The position numbers were made by a program, and so were the translations under genes. The notes under the pieces were generated by a model that ran no database searches, was not told where the DNA came from, and saw only the letters and a program-made list of their open reading frames with translations. Source: Nitrospirota bacterium (GTDB lineage: Bacteria; Nitrospirota; UBA9217). Taken from it: DNA of 64,000 nucleotides. The stretch is from positions 512,001 to 576,000 of the forward strand of contig CAWCKW010000012.1 of NCBI GenBank assembly GCA_963796285.1, read 5' to 3'. Positions 20,070-30,532 of the stretch are shown here, piece after piece (position 1 is the stretch's first letter; every line of letters starts with the position of its first letter).

Positions 20070-21479
20070 ATGGCTAAATTGAACGCAGAGGCAAAGGTGG
20101 GCTTACTGGTTCTTGTGGGATCGGTGCTTCTTCTGTATATGATCTTTGCTGTAGGCAAATACCAGTTCGGTGAAAAAAAGGGATATACCCTGCAGGCGGC
20201 ATTCGACTCCGTGGCGGGGCTCGATACCAAGGCGGCGGTAAGAATGGCCGGGGTGAAGATAGGTTTGGTGGAGAAAGTGGAACTGGAGGACAGTCGGGCC
20301 AAGGTAACGATGCGGATCGATCCCGAGGTGAAGATAATGCGGGGGACCGAGGCCATGATCAAGACCAAGGGCCTCCTTGGCGAGAAGTATGTGGAATTTG
20401 TACCCGTCAAGCAAGGCAAACCACAGCAGCCTTCGACTGCCGGAGAGTCCACGTATCATGACGGCGAGCGGGTACTGGCGACGGTATCGCCGAGCGATAT
20501 AGACAAGCTCATCAACCAGGTTTCGTCGATCTCCGATGACATCAAAAAGGTGACGGAGTCTCTCAGCCAGGTCCTCGGCACCGAGCGGGGCGAGCGGTCC
20601 CTGGAGGATATCCTGGGCAACCTGCGTCAGACCACGGCGAATATCAAGGATTTTTCCATTACGCTCCAGGGTGATGGCAGTGAAATGGTCACGCGGCTGA
20701 ACGAACTGGTCGCCAGCTTGAACGGCGTCGTGGGCGAGAACAGGGAAAACTTGCAGGTAACCATGGAAAATATCAAGGAAGCGTCGAAAAGCGCCGAACT
20801 GGCGCTCGCATCCATCGATAATGCAGTCCGGAAGATCGACCGCGGAGAGGGTACGCTCGGCAAGCTGGTGAATGATGAGGGCATGTACAACAACATCGAC
20901 AGCGCGGCAAAAGGGATCAGCGATGCTACTTCACGCATTGAGCGGATGAAGACGATTGTCGCGTTCCGGAGCGAGTATATGTTCCCCGAGTCCAAGAGCT
21001 ACGTTTCGCTGGAGCTCAAACCCAAATGGGACCAGTATTATATTTTTGAAATAACGTCCGATCCCTTCTCGAACTACAACCGGACGACGACCACGACCAC
21101 GCCCGGAAGCACGGTGGTGACGGAGACCTATGAAGACAAGTTCAAGTTCAGCCTCGAGTTCGCAAAGCGCTGGGGGAACCTGGCGGTCCGTCTTGGTCTG
21201 ATAGAGTCCACGGGCGGCGTGGGTGCTGATTATTATGCCTTTGATGACCGGATCAAATTCAGCGTTGACTCCTGGAACTACAACAGCAAGGAACCCGGCA
21301 ATGAGAACGCACACCTGAAGGCGACGGCAAACATCGGACTCGGCAAGACGATCTTTGTGAACGCCGGCTATGACAACGCCTTGAACTCAAAGCGGGCATC
21401 GGCGTTCGTCGGGCTCGGGCTGCGATTTGACGATGATGACCTGAAATATCTGCTGGGAAGCGTGCCCATACCGAAGTGA
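20070..21479 (+). CDS. mlaD: MCE/MlaD protein with a long helical region and a C-terminal beta-rich domain
   Basis: TM helix, MCE domain (VAGL...VRMAGVKIG...GLLGEKYV), heptad-rich helix, GEGTLGKLVND, then alternating beta-strand C-terminus. Confidence 0.88.
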   Translation: MAKLNAEAKVGLLVLVGSVLLLYMIFAVGKYQFGEKKGYTLQAAFDSVAGLDTKAAVRMAGVKIGLVEKVELEDSRAKVTMRIDPEVKIMRGTEAMIKTKGLLGEKYVEFVPVKQGKPQQPSTAGESTYHDGERVLATVSPSDIDKLINQVSSISDDIKKVTESLSQVLGTERGERSLEDILGNLRQTTANIKDFSITLQGDGSEMVTRLNELVASLNGVVGENRENLQVTMENIKEASKSAELALASIDNAVRKIDRGEGTLGKLVNDEGMYNNIDSAAKGISDATSRIERMKTIVAFRSEYMFPESKSYVSLELKPKWDQYYIFEITSDPFSNYNRTTTTTTPGSTVVTETYEDKFKFSLEFAKRWGNLAVRLGLIESTGGVGADYYAFDDRIKFSVDSWNYNSKEPGNENAHLKATANIGLGKTIFVNAGYDNALNSKRASAFVGLGLRFDDDDLKYLLGSVPIPK

Positions 21480-21578
21480 CGGAAAGGACTGAATGCGGGT
21501 AGGTGGAAGGGGTGCGAAGGTAAGGGTTTCAGTTCAAATAATCCCAAGTCCGTGGTTTCCATCTGTACCCGTCTTTTC

Positions 21579-21607
21579 TTGACATTTGCCGGAGAGTTAC
21601 TTAGAAT
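21579..21607 (+). promoter_or_regulatory. Sigma70 promoter for galU
   Basis: TTGACA-17 bp-TAGAAT. Confidence 0.7.
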
Positions 21608-21628
21608 TACGCAGAGAATAAGGATAGA

Positions 21629-22502
21629 ATGGTGAGTAAGACAATTACGAAAGCTATTTTTCCCGCAGCCGGACTCGGGACCAGGTTTTTACCGGCGACC
21701 AAGGCCTCTCCGAAGGAGATGATGCCGCTTGTGGACAAGCCGCTCATCCAGTATGTGGTGGAAGAGGCCGTGGCGTCGGGCATCGAAGAAGTGGTGATGA
21801 TCACCGGCAGGGGCAAGACGAGCCATTGAAGACCATTTTGATGTGGCCTTCGAACTCGAAGAGGACCTCAAGGCAAAGGGCAAGCACAAACTGCTGTCCG
21901 AAGTGCAGCAGATCGCCGATCTGGTGACGTTCTGCTATATTCGGCAGAAAAAGGCGCTTGGCCTCGGCCACGCAGTGCTGACCGCCAAGAGGATCATAGG
22001 CGATGAACCCTTCGCAGTACTTCTCGGCGATGACATCATCGATGCCAGGGTCCCGGCGCTGAAACAGATGATGAAGGTCTACAAACGGTACCCGTCAACG
22101 ATCCTGGCGATCCAGAAAGTGCCGAAGTCGCAGACGCGGAACTATGGGATCATTGATGGGAAAAGGATCGAGGACAGGATATACCTCGTGAACGACCTGG
22201 TGGAGAAACCGTCCCCGAGCGAGGCCCCCTCGAATCTCGCTATCATCGGCCGTTATATCCTCACGCCGGAGATCTTCACCGCCCTTGAGCATACAGCGCC
22301 CGGCAAAGGCGGCGAGATCCAACTCACGGACGGGATCAGGCTGCTTATGGAAAAACAGCCGGTCTACGCCTATGAGTTTGACGGCGTACGGCACGATGCC
22401 GGCGATAAGCTGGGATTTTTGAAGGCCACGGTAGAATTCGGGCTGAAGAACCATGAGTTCGGCCAGAAATTCAGAAGCTATCTCAAGAAGTTGAAACTCT
22501 GA
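21629..22502 (+). CDS. galU: UTP--glucose-1-phosphate uridylyltransferase (frameshift near 21820)
   Basis: [47 protein letters not shown]. Confidence 0.95.
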
Positions 22503-22517
22503 ACCGAATTGTCGTAG

Positions 22518-22567
22518 CACGAGGGACGAGAAACGAAAGAACAAGCCGTTAGCGTCCATCTTCCATC
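22518..22567. repeat. GACGAGG-family repeat element
   Basis: CACGAGGGACGAGAAACG ... CGTCCATCTTCCATCG. Confidence 0.55.
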
Positions 22568-22591
22568 GGAGATTAAATACAGGAGGCCAGT

Positions 22592-25003
22592 TTGGCAAAG
22601 ACCGAAACAAAAAGCATAGATCTCCAGCAATCAATCGAGATCCCTAAAAAAATACCCCTGCTCCCGATAAGGGATATCGTGGTCTTCCCGTACATGGTGC
22701 TTCCGCTTTTTGTGGGAAGAGAGATGTCCATCAAGGCGATCGAAGTGGCGCTTGAGGGCAACCGCATGATCTTCCTGACCTCGCAGAAGGACATCAATGT
22801 GGAGAACCCATCGCCGTCGGACCTCTATTCCATAGGGACGGTCGGCGTGATCATGCGTATGCTGAAGCTGCCGGACGGGCGCATCAAGATACTCGTCCAG
22901 GGCGTTTCGCGGGCAAAGACGGTCAAGTTCCTCCAGAAGGAGCCCTTTTACCAGGTTGAGATCAAGACGTTCCCCGACATTCCCGTGGTGGTGAATATCG
23001 AGATCGAAGCATTGATGCGGAACGTCAAGGAGCAGATCGAGCGGCTGGTGTCCTTCGGCAAGGTGATCCTCCCCGATATCATGGTGGTCATCGAGAACGT
23101 TGACGATCCCGGCAAGCTTGCCGACCTGGCCATCGCGAACATGGGTCTGAAGGTAGAGCAGGCCCAGGAGATCCTCGAGATCACCGATCCCCTGCAACGG
23201 ATCAAGCGCATCAACGAGGCGCTCGGCAAGGAGATCGAGCTTCTCTCAATGCAGCAGAAGATCCAGGCCGATGTTCGCGGCGAGATCGACAAGACCCAGC
23301 GAGAGTACTTTCTGCGGGAACAGCTGAAGGCGATTCAGCGCGAGCTCGGCGAGACCGACGACCGGTCCGAGGACATGAAGGAGCTGCGCGAGAAGATCAA
23401 AGAGGCCAAGATGCCGGAGAAGGCCGCGAAAGAGGCCGAGAAGCAGCTCCGGAGGCTTGAGCGCATGCATCCCGATGCGGCCGAGGCGTCCATGACCCGC
23501 ACCTACATCGAATGGCTTGCGGAGCTTCCCTGGAGCAAGGCCACCAAGGACAACCTCGACCTCAAAGCGGCGCATAAAGTGCTCGAAGAAGACCACTATG
23601 ATCTTGAGAAGGTAAAGGAACGCATCATTGAATACCTCGCCGTGCGCAAACTGAAAGAGAAGATGAAGGGCCCGATCCTGTGTTTCGTCGGACCGCCGGG
23701 CGTGGGCAAGACCTCGCTCGGGAAATCGATCGCTCGTGCCCTGGGCCGCGAGTTCGTGCGCATTTCGCTCGGCGGAGTACGCGACGAAGCCGAGATCCGC
23801 GGCCATCGAAGGACATACGTCGGAGCGCTTCCCGGCAGGATCATCCAGGGTATCAAGACCTCGGGCAACAACAATCCGGTCTTCATGCTCGATGAGATCG
23901 ACAAGATCGGCGCCGACTTCCGTGGCGACCCGTCGGCGGCCCTGCTGGAAGTGCTCGATCCCGAGCAGAACAACTCGTTCAGCGACCACTATATCGGCAT
24001 GCCCTTTGATCTGTCGCGCGTTATGTTCATCACCACCGCGAACATGACCGATCCGATCCCGGGCCCGCTCAAGGACCGAATGGAGATCATCCGCCTTTCA
24101 GGCTACACGGAGCAGGAAAAGCTCGGCATCGCAAAGAGCTACCTGGTCCCGAGACAACTGGCGGAGCACGGCATCACGGACAAGCAGATCGGCATTCCGG
24201 ACAAGACGATGATCCAGGTCATCGCTCAGTACACGCGCGAGGCCGGTGTGCGGAACCTGGAACGTGAGATAGGGCATCTTTGCCGCAAGGTGGCGCGGAA
24301 GGTCGCAGAGGGTGAAGACGAACTGTACACGATCACCCCGCAGAACCTGCATACGTATCTCGGCGTGCCGAAGTTCATGCCCGAGGTCGAGCGCGAACAG
24401 GACGAGATCGGCGTGGTGACCGGTCTGGCCTGGACCGAGACGGGAGGCGATATCCTCTATATTGAAGCAACGACCATGCGCGGGAAGGGACAGCTTACCC
24501 TCACCGGGCATTTGGGAGATGTGATGAAGGAGTCGGCCCATGCGGCGCTCACCTATGTGCGCTCCCGTGCCGAGAAACTCGGCATCAATCCCGACGTGTT
24601 CGCCAAAACGGATGTCCATATCCATGTCCCGGCAGGCGCGATCCCCAAGGACGGCCCGTCAGCCGGTGTGACCATGGCCACGGCCCTGGCATCGGTCTTT
24701 ACGAATACTCCGGTGCGGAGGGACATTGCCATGACCGGTGAGGTCACCCTTCGCGGCCGGGTCATGCCGATCGGCGGGCTCAAGGAAAAGACGCTCGCAG
24801 CCCGCAGGGCCGGGATCAAGACCGTGATCCTCCCGAAGGAGAACGAGAAGGACCTCGAAGACCTGCCAAAGTACCTGCGCAAGGACATGCAGTTTATCTT
24901 CGCCACGATCGTGGACGACGTGCTCGCCGCGGCGCTCCGCAAGAAGCAGCCGCGTACGACCGTGAAGAAAAAGCTGTCCGCGAGGTCCCGCGCAAAGCAT
25001 TGA
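22592..25003 (+). CDS. lon: ATP-dependent Lon protease
   Basis: Lon N-domain, [23 protein letters not shown] (catalytic Ser) and GGLKEK (catalytic Lys). Confidence 0.98.
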   Translation: MAKTETKSIDLQQSIEIPKKIPLLPIRDIVVFPYMVLPLFVGREMSIKAIEVALEGNRMIFLTSQKDINVENPSPSDLYSIGTVGVIMRMLKLPDGRIKILVQGVSRAKTVKFLQKEPFYQVEIKTFPDIPVVVNIEIEALMRNVKEQIERLVSFGKVILPDIMVVIENVDDPGKLADLAIANMGLKVEQAQEILEITDPLQRIKRINEALGKEIELLSMQQKIQADVRGEIDKTQREYFLREQLKAIQRELGETDDRSEDMKELREKIKEAKMPEKAAKEAEKQLRRLERMHPDAAEASMTRTYIEWLAELPWSKATKDNLDLKAAHKVLEEDHYDLEKVKERIIEYLAVRKLKEKMKGPILCFVGPPGVGKTSLGKSIARALGREFVRISLGGVRDEAEIRGHRRTYVGALPGRIIQGIKTSGNNNPVFMLDEIDKIGADFRGDPSAALLEVLDPEQNNSFSDHYIGMPFDLSRVMFITTANMTDPIPGPLKDRMEIIRLSGYTEQEKLGIAKSYLVPRQLAEHGITDKQIGIPDKTMIQVIAQYTREAGVRNLEREIGHLCRKVARKVAEGEDELYTITPQNLHTYLGVPKFMPEVEREQDEIGVVTGLAWTETGGDILYIEATTMRGKGQLTLTGHLGDVMKESAHAALTYVRSRAEKLGINPDVFAKTDVHIHVPAGAIPKDGPSAGVTMATALASVFTNTPVRRDIAMTGEVTLRGRVMPIGGLKEKTLAARRAGIKTVILPKENEKDLEDLPKYLRKDMQFIFATIVDDVLAAALRKKQPRTTVKKKLSARSRAKH

Positions 25004-25019
25004 GCGGATGGCGGGCAGG

Positions 25020-25105
25020 CGAGGGACGAAAGACGTTAAGTTAAAGCGAGGCAGAATACGTCCATCGTCTGAGTGAGCGAAGCGAACGATCGTCCATCCT
25101 CCATC
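25020..25105. repeat. GACGAGG-family element with a GAGCGAAGCGAACG core
   Basis: CGAGGGACGAAAGACG ... CGTCCATCGTC-TGAGTGAGCGAAGCGAACGA-TCGTCCATCCTCCATC. Confidence 0.65.
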
Positions 25106-25145
25106 GGAGCTCAAGCTTCGTGCCTCTTTGGTGCTGAATGATACC

Positions 25146-26255
25146 ATGAAACTATCAAATATCGGCGAGTTCGGCCTGATCCGTGCTATTCAGAAGTTGT
25201 CTTTCCAAAGCTCGCCTGACACGAGGATAGGCATCGGTGACGATGCCGCTGTTCTGAAGATTGCTCCCGCGACGCTGCTTCTGGCATCGACCGATATGCT
25301 GATAGAGGGCGTGCATTTTGACCTCACCTACACGGATTTTTATTCGCTGGGCTGGAAATCAGCAGCAATAAATCTGAGCGACATAGCAGCGATGGGAGGA
25401 AAGCCCAGGTTTTGTCTCACCTCGCTCGCACTCCCCGTACACATTTCCGTTGAAGCGGTGAAGGAGTATTACCGGGGGTTTACTTCGCTCGTACGGGCGC
25501 ATAAGACAATTCTTGTGGGTGGAGATACCTGCTCCTCCAAAGACGGTCTTGTGATCAGCGTTACCGTACTCGGCGAGGCGAAAAAACGAATGGCCGTCCC
25601 TCGAACCGGGGCGAAGCAAGGAGACCGGATCTTCGTTACCGGAACACTTGGGGATTCGGGGGCAGGGCTGGAACTTCTGAAATCAGGGGTCAGGGGTCGA
25701 GAGTCAGGAGTCAGGAGTCGGAAATCAGGAGCCAGGAGTCAGGAGCCAGAAGTCAGAAAGAACGACTCTACATCCGAAATCCGAGATCCGAAATCCGCAA
25801 TCGCGAAGCTTATTGCGCGTCATCTTCGTCCCGTGCCTCGTGTAGAGTGGGGGATGCAGATCGCGCTTTCCGGGTGCGCGAGTTCGATGATCGATGTCAG
25901 TGACGGCCTTTCGTCCGATCTGTTCCACCTCTGCGAGGAGAGCGGCGTAGGCGCTGTCCTCCTTTCAGATGCACTGCCTCTTTCCAGATCGCTCCTGAAA
26001 TCAGCGGACCAGCTTCGACAACCCCCATTGCACTATGTTTTGTCGGGGGGGGAGGACTACGAGCTCTTGTTCACGGTGCCGTTGTCGCGGATGAAAAGAT
26101 TGGAGGCGCTGCATATTCCTGTAACAGAGATCGGGCGGATCACGGCCGGAAATGAAATGTTTTTAATGAACACTGTCGGAAGAAAAACCGCATTACGGCC
26201 GACGGGATATAATCATTTCAAAAGGACCGGGAATTGCGCGAATCGCTCAACATAA
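25146..26255 (+). CDS. thiL: Thiamine-monophosphate kinase with an in-frame repeat-derived insertion
   Basis: GEFGLI, GIGDDAA, STDMLIEGVHF, NLSDIAAMGG, GGDT, IDVSDGL, GGEDYELLF. Confidence 0.95.
   Translation: MKLSNIGEFGLIRAIQKLSFQSSPDTRIGIGDDAAVLKIAPATLLLASTDMLIEGVHFDLTYTDFYSLGWKSAAINLSDIAAMGGKPRFCLTSLALPVHISVEAVKEYYRGFTSLVRAHKTILVGGDTCSSKDGLVISVTVLGEAKKRMAVPRTGAKQGDRIFVTGTLGDSGAGLELLKSGVRGRESGVRSRKSGARSQEPEVRKNDSTSEIRDPKSAIAKLIARHLRPVPRVEWGMQIALSGCASSMIDVSDGLSSDLFHLCEESGVGAVLLSDALPLSRSLLKSADQLRQPPLHYVLSGGEDYELLFTVPLSRMKRLEALHIPVTEIGRITAGNEMFLMNTVGRKTALRPTGYNHFKRTGNCANRST
25682..25802 (+). repeat. Degenerate heptamer array (AGTCAGG then ATCCGAA) inside thiL
   Basis: Encodes SGVRGRESGVRSRKSGARSQEPEVRK...SEIRDPKSAI. 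Confidence 0.85.
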
Positions 26256-26277
26256 CCCCTCTGCGCAGCATGCTCGC

Positions 26278-26730
26278 ATGATATCTATCAGGGACCGCAT
26301 CAGAAGTCTTTTCCAGTTGAATGAATCGCCGAATGAGCTTGCCCTTGCTTTTGCGTTGGGCGTGTTTATTGCGTTTACTCCGACCATTGGATTGCATACG
26401 ATCAGCTGCCTTGTTTTTGCATGGATGTTCCGCTTAAACAAGCTTGTGGTCTTCACGGCGGCATTCGTGAATAATCCCTGGTCCATGGTTCCCCTCTATG
26501 GATTTTGCCTGTGGTTCGGCATAAAAATAACCGGTCTCAGTGTTGGTACCCCCAACATCGCATGGAAGGCGCTCACCTTTTCCAACGCATACGATATTTT
26601 GAGGCCCTATCTTTGGCCATTCGTTGTAGGGACGGTGGTGGTGGGGACTGTTGCGGCGGTTTTTTCTTATTTCTTCATATACTGGGCAACGGTCCGATAT
26701 CGGCGGGTAAGGGATAGTGAAAAACCGTGA
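26278..26730 (+). CDS. DUF2062 family membrane protein
   Basis: SPNELALAFALGVFIAFTP...RLNK...VNNPW. Confidence 0.85.
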   Translation: MISIRDRIRSLFQLNESPNELALAFALGVFIAFTPTIGLHTISCLVFAWMFRLNKLVVFTAAFVNNPWSMVPLYGFCLWFGIKITGLSVGTPNIAWKALTFSNAYDILRPYLWPFVVGTVVVGTVAAVFSYFFIYWATVRYRRVRDSEKP

Positions 26731-26881
26731 TGATTGATGCCCGCTCTCCGAGGGCATGCTGTTCAGCGCATGCCGTTTGTTGCCAATGCCAAAGGCTGAC
26801 TGCCTGGCAGCGATGGATTTTGATCGGCAAAGCATATTCGTGCCATTCTCCTCTACAATAGAAAAGGATCAAGTTTTTTTG

Positions 26882-27904
26882 ATGCACGTGCTCATCTCGG
26901 TGGTCATTGTTAATTGGAATGGGAAGCATCTCCTGGGGGAGTGTCTTGATTCGCTGCTTGCGCAGGGCGTCGGCGGGGTCGAGATTATCCTGGTTGACAA
27001 CGGTTCACAGGATGGTTCCGCGGAATATGTGCGGGAGCGGTACCGTGACGTCAGGGTGATCAGCCTGCCGGAGAACCTTGGTTTTGCCGGGGGCAACAAC
27101 GCCGGTATCCGGATTGCTTCGGGCAAGTACATTGCGCTCCTGAATAACGATACCAAGGTTGATCCTGAATGGCTGACAAGCCTGCTGAAGGAAGCGGAAT
27201 CAAGCCCTTCTGGCGTCGGCATGTGGGCCTCCAAGATACTTTCCTATGACCATCCCGATATCATTGATAACGTCGGGCTCCTCATGTATCCGGACGGGTT
27301 GGGGAGGGGAAAGGGGAGGCTGGAGAAAGACGAAGGGCAATATGACCAAACGGCAGAGGCGTTCTTTCCGAGCGGATGCGCAGGCCTCTACCGACGGAAG
27401 ATGCTGGATGAGATCGGCCTGTTCGACGAAGAGTTCTTTGCCTATGCCGATGACGTCGATCTCGGTCTCCGCGCAAGGCTGGCCGGATGGCAATGCATCT
27501 ATGTGCCTTCCGCAAAAGTGTACCACAAGTATTCCGCCTCATCATCAGCCCATTCGCCATTCAAGGCTTTTCTCGTTGAGCGAAACCGGATATGGGTGTT
27601 GCTGAAATATTATCCTTTGGAAATGGTCCTGGTCAGCCCCTTCTGGACACTCACGCGACTTTTCGTCCATCTGTACGGCGCGCTGACCGGCAAAGGGGCA
27701 AGCGGCAGATTTTCCGAGCAGAATTCGGTTTTCTCCGCAATGGCGATCCTGCTCAAAGCCTGGTATTCGGCGCTCTCGGCGCTGCCGGGCATTATCAGGC
27801 AGCGGCGGGCGTTTTCCAAACTACGACGGATCGGACGCCGCGAACTCTACCGATTGTTCTGCAAATATCGGATATCGGCATACGAGATAGCCTTGAAAGA
27901 ATAA
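26882..27904 (+). CDS. Glycosyltransferase family 2
   Basis: SVVIVNWNG, VDNGSQDGS, NLGFAGGNN, LLNND, FFAYADDVDLGLR. Confidence 0.92.
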   Translation: MHVLISVVIVNWNGKHLLGECLDSLLAQGVGGVEIILVDNGSQDGSAEYVRERYRDVRVISLPENLGFAGGNNAGIRIASGKYIALLNNDTKVDPEWLTSLLKEAESSPSGVGMWASKILSYDHPDIIDNVGLLMYPDGLGRGKGRLEKDEGQYDQTAEAFFPSGCAGLYRRKMLDEIGLFDEEFFAYADDVDLGLRARLAGWQCIYVPSAKVYHKYSASSSAHSPFKAFLVERNRIWVLLKYYPLEMVLVSPFWTLTRLFVHLYGALTGKGASGRFSEQNSVFSAMAILLKAWYSALSALPGIIRQRRAFSKLRRIGRRELYRLFCKYRISAYEIALKE

Positions 27905-27959
27905 CAGGACTTATCAGGTTGCAGGGTTAAGTCTACCAAGGATTTAATCAAAGGCAAAT

Positions 27960-28140
27960 TTTCGCGCGAAGCCGTAGCCTGCTGTTGCCCCCTGCTCTCG
28001 CGATAGCGCGGGGACAAGCCAAAACGCGGCCATAAACAAAGCCGCAAAGGAAAGCACATCAAGTCTTGACCTTGGTTTGAAACAGGAAAAAGAATTTAGT
28101 TCATTGGTTTTCTTTGCGCGCTTTGCGGCTTTGCGCGAGA
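27960..28140. repeat. CGCAAAG-family hairpin with nested ~30-bp mini-elements in the left arm
   Basis: TTTCGCGCGAAGCCG...GCCGCAAAG and CTTTGCGCGCTTTGCGGCTTTGCGCGAGA; CCTGCTGTTGCC[CCCTGCTCTCGCGATAGCGCGGGGACAAGCC]AAAACGCGG at 27978-28029. Confidence 0.75.
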
Positions 28141-28163
28141 CGGCCGGTCGTTATGTATACCTT

Positions 28164-28859
28164 ATGAAAATACTGATCATCGTACCAGCATACAATGAAG
28201 AGGCAAGCCTCCCCGGAGTGATCCAGGACCTCAGGGAGCACATACCCGCTGCGGATGTGCTCGTGATGAACGACGGGTCTCACGATGCGACAGCGCTTGT
28301 CGCGAGGAAACTGGGGGTACCGGTGCTGGACCTGCCATTTAACCTTGGAATCGGCGGAGCAGTGCAGGCAGGTTATCTCTATGCAGAGCGGAACGCCTAT
28401 GATATCGCGGTGCAGTTCGATGGCGATGGGCAACACCTTGGCAGCGAGATAAAAAAATTGCTTGAGCCGCTTAAGGCGCAGCAGGTGGATCTCGTTGTCG
28501 GATCAAGATTCCTGGCCATTGGGGGTTACAAAGCCCCTATCTTCAGAAAGATGGGGATCGGGATATTCTCATTCGTTATCTCCCGTATTCTGGGAATAAC
28601 GGTGACGGACAGCACATCCGGTTTCCGGGCCGCGAACCGGCGGGTAATTGAGTTCTTTGCACATACCTATCCCGATGACTATCCTGAGGTGGAGTCCCTC
28701 GTCCTTCTGCATAAGGTCGGGCTGCGGATGACAGAGGTGTCCGTTACCATGAGGGAACGCACGAGCGGCAGGTCGTCGATAACGCCCATTCGCTCTGTGT
28801 ATTACATGACAAAAGTGCTCATGGCAATTTTTATCGACCTGATGAAGAAAGTGAGGTAA
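28164..28859 (+). CDS. GT2 polyprenyl-phosphate sugar synthase (DPM1/PpgS-like)
   Basis: IIVPAYNEE, NDGSHD, NLGIGGAVQAG, QFDGDGQH, VVGSRF, DSTSGFRA; followed by DUF2304. Confidence 0.88.
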   Translation: MKILIIVPAYNEEASLPGVIQDLREHIPAADVLVMNDGSHDATALVARKLGVPVLDLPFNLGIGGAVQAGYLYAERNAYDIAVQFDGDGQHLGSEIKKLLEPLKAQQVDLVVGSRFLAIGGYKAPIFRKMGIGIFSFVISRILGITVTDSTSGFRAANRRVIEFFAHTYPDDYPEVESLVLLHKVGLRMTEVSVTMRERTSGRSSITPIRSVYYMTKVLMAIFIDLMKKVR

Positions 28860-28862
28860 CCT

Positions 28863-29237
28863 ATGGACATATTGAAAATATTAGCCATCGTGGTTTGCGG
28901 GATTGGTTTAATCGTGATCGTTGAACTGATCAGGAGAGGACGGCTAAAAGAAAAATATTCCCTGCTCTGGCTCTTTGCCGGCACTATTCTGCTGATCTTT
29001 TCCTTGTCAAGAGGACTGCTGGAATATGTATCCTCTTTGCTCGGCATCTATTACCCGCCTTCGCTTCTCTTCCTTCTCGCTTTTCTGTTCCTGTTGCTGA
29101 TCACACTGCACTTTTCCGTTGTTATTTCCGGATTGTCCGATAAGAACAAAAAACTGGCGCAGGAACTGGCACTATTACAGCAGCAGATGCAGGAAGACAT
29201 GGGCAGGTCTCCGGGCAAGCATGTTGCAAAGGATTAA
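28863..29237 (+). CDS. DUF2304 family membrane protein
   Basis: IRRGRLKEKYSLLW, LGIYYPPS, LAQELAL. Confidence 0.88.
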   Translation: MDILKILAIVVCGIGLIVIVELIRRGRLKEKYSLLWLFAGTILLIFSLSRGLLEYVSSLLGIYYPPSLLFLLAFLFLLLITLHFSVVISGLSDKNKKLAQELALLQQQMQEDMGRSPGKHVAKD

Positions 29238-29312
29238 TGCGGGAAATATTCTTTACTTTGACCAATATCCGTGCTAAATAGTTGTACGAACGTAAGGTGC
29301 ACAGGGAGGAAC

Positions 29313-30518
29313 ATGGCAGCTATGCAGGCGTTGACTGAGAAACTGAACACGGTGTTCGCAAGCAGGAGATTCAATCTTATCGCCTTCGGCATTATTGCGG
29401 GTCTGGTCCTGATCGCATATTCCAATACCTTCACCTCAAGTTTCCATTTTGACGATAACCCGTCCATTGTTGAAAATGCGACTATCAAACATGTGACCAT
29501 GGATAATATCATCACCCTGCTTAGGGGTATTCGACCGGTTGTCAATCTGAGTTTAATGCTCAATTATGCATTGGGCGGATTGAACGTCGTGGGATATCAT
29601 ATTTTCAATATCGCAGTGCATATCTCGAATAGCATCTTCGTTTATCTATTAATGCTCTGGACACTGGATCTGCCGGCATTAGCAGCGAAATATCGAGGAA
29701 AGGCCAAAAGGATGGCCTTGTTCGGTGCCCTCCTGTTTGCCGTGCATCCCATTCAGACCGAGGCGGTAACCTATATCATTACGCGTACTGAACTGCTTGC
29801 AACTTTCTTTTACCTCGGAACATTTCTCCTGTTCATTAAAGGTGCGAGGACCAACAGGTCCTCTTATTATGTCGGTGCATTCTTTACCGCGGCCCTCTCC
29901 ATGGGATCAAAGGAATGGGCAGTGACCCTGCCGGCGCTCCTGATGATCTATGATTATCTGTTCATTGCCGACGGGAAGGTTCGCGCCGTCGCCTCCCGAT
30001 GGATGGTGTATGTAGCGGTGACCATCCCGTGGGTGATCGTCTTGCGCAATCTTGACCTTTTTGCCGGTGCGGGCTCGGGCGCCGGTATAGGATTTAATGT
30101 GTCAACAACATCGGGAATCACAGCGAAAACCTTTTGGCTCACCTCTCTCAACGTTATCTGGACCTATATCAGACTCCTGTTCCTTCCCATCAAACAGAAC
30201 CTTGATTATGAATATCCCATTGCCAAGACATTATTCGAGTTCCCGACACTCCTCTCATTCATCGGCCATATTGCTGTCGTGAGCGCCACATTCTGGCTCT
30301 ATAAAAAGAAGGGATGGCTCTTGATACCCTTTGGCGTAGCGTGGTTCTACATCGGCCTGTCGCCTGTCCAGAGCTTCGTGCCGATCATCGATGTTATCTT
30401 TGAGCATCGCCTCTACATGCCATCGATAGGGTTTTTCCTTGCGTTTGTTGTTGCCTACGAGGGGCTCTTTGAGTGGTGGGAGGCCCGGCAAGAGCTCAAA
30501 AAAGGCCCGGTGGTTTGA
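29313..30518 (+). CDS. TMTC-like multi-pass GT-C glycosyltransferase, no TPR tail
   Basis: YSNTF...FHFDD...N, IRPV...S, YHIFN, LFAVHPIQTEAVTYI..R.ELL, SKEWA, DY, EHRLYMPS; ends shortly after the last TM helix. Confidence 0.8.
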   Translation: MAAMQALTEKLNTVFASRRFNLIAFGIIAGLVLIAYSNTFTSSFHFDDNPSIVENATIKHVTMDNIITLLRGIRPVVNLSLMLNYALGGLNVVGYHIFNIAVHISNSIFVYLLMLWTLDLPALAAKYRGKAKRMALFGALLFAVHPIQTEAVTYIITRTELLATFFYLGTFLLFIKGARTNRSSYYVGAFFTAALSMGSKEWAVTLPALLMIYDYLFIADGKVRAVASRWMVYVAVTIPWVIVLRNLDLFAGAGSGAGIGFNVSTTSGITAKTFWLTSLNVIWTYIRLLFLPIKQNLDYEYPIAKTLFEFPTLLSFIGHIAVVSATFWLYKKKGWLLIPFGVAWFYIGLSPVQSFVPIIDVIFEHRLYMPSIGFFLAFVVAYEGLFEWWEARQELKKGPVV

Positions 30519-30532
30519 AGTAGAAGTGTACG

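Noticed and set aside
22631-25147. Long antisense ORFs opposite lon (and similarly opposite argB, topA, alr, nadK and mutS)
   Set aside because: These are shadow ORFs expected from high GC3 codon bias; they have no motifs or RBS.
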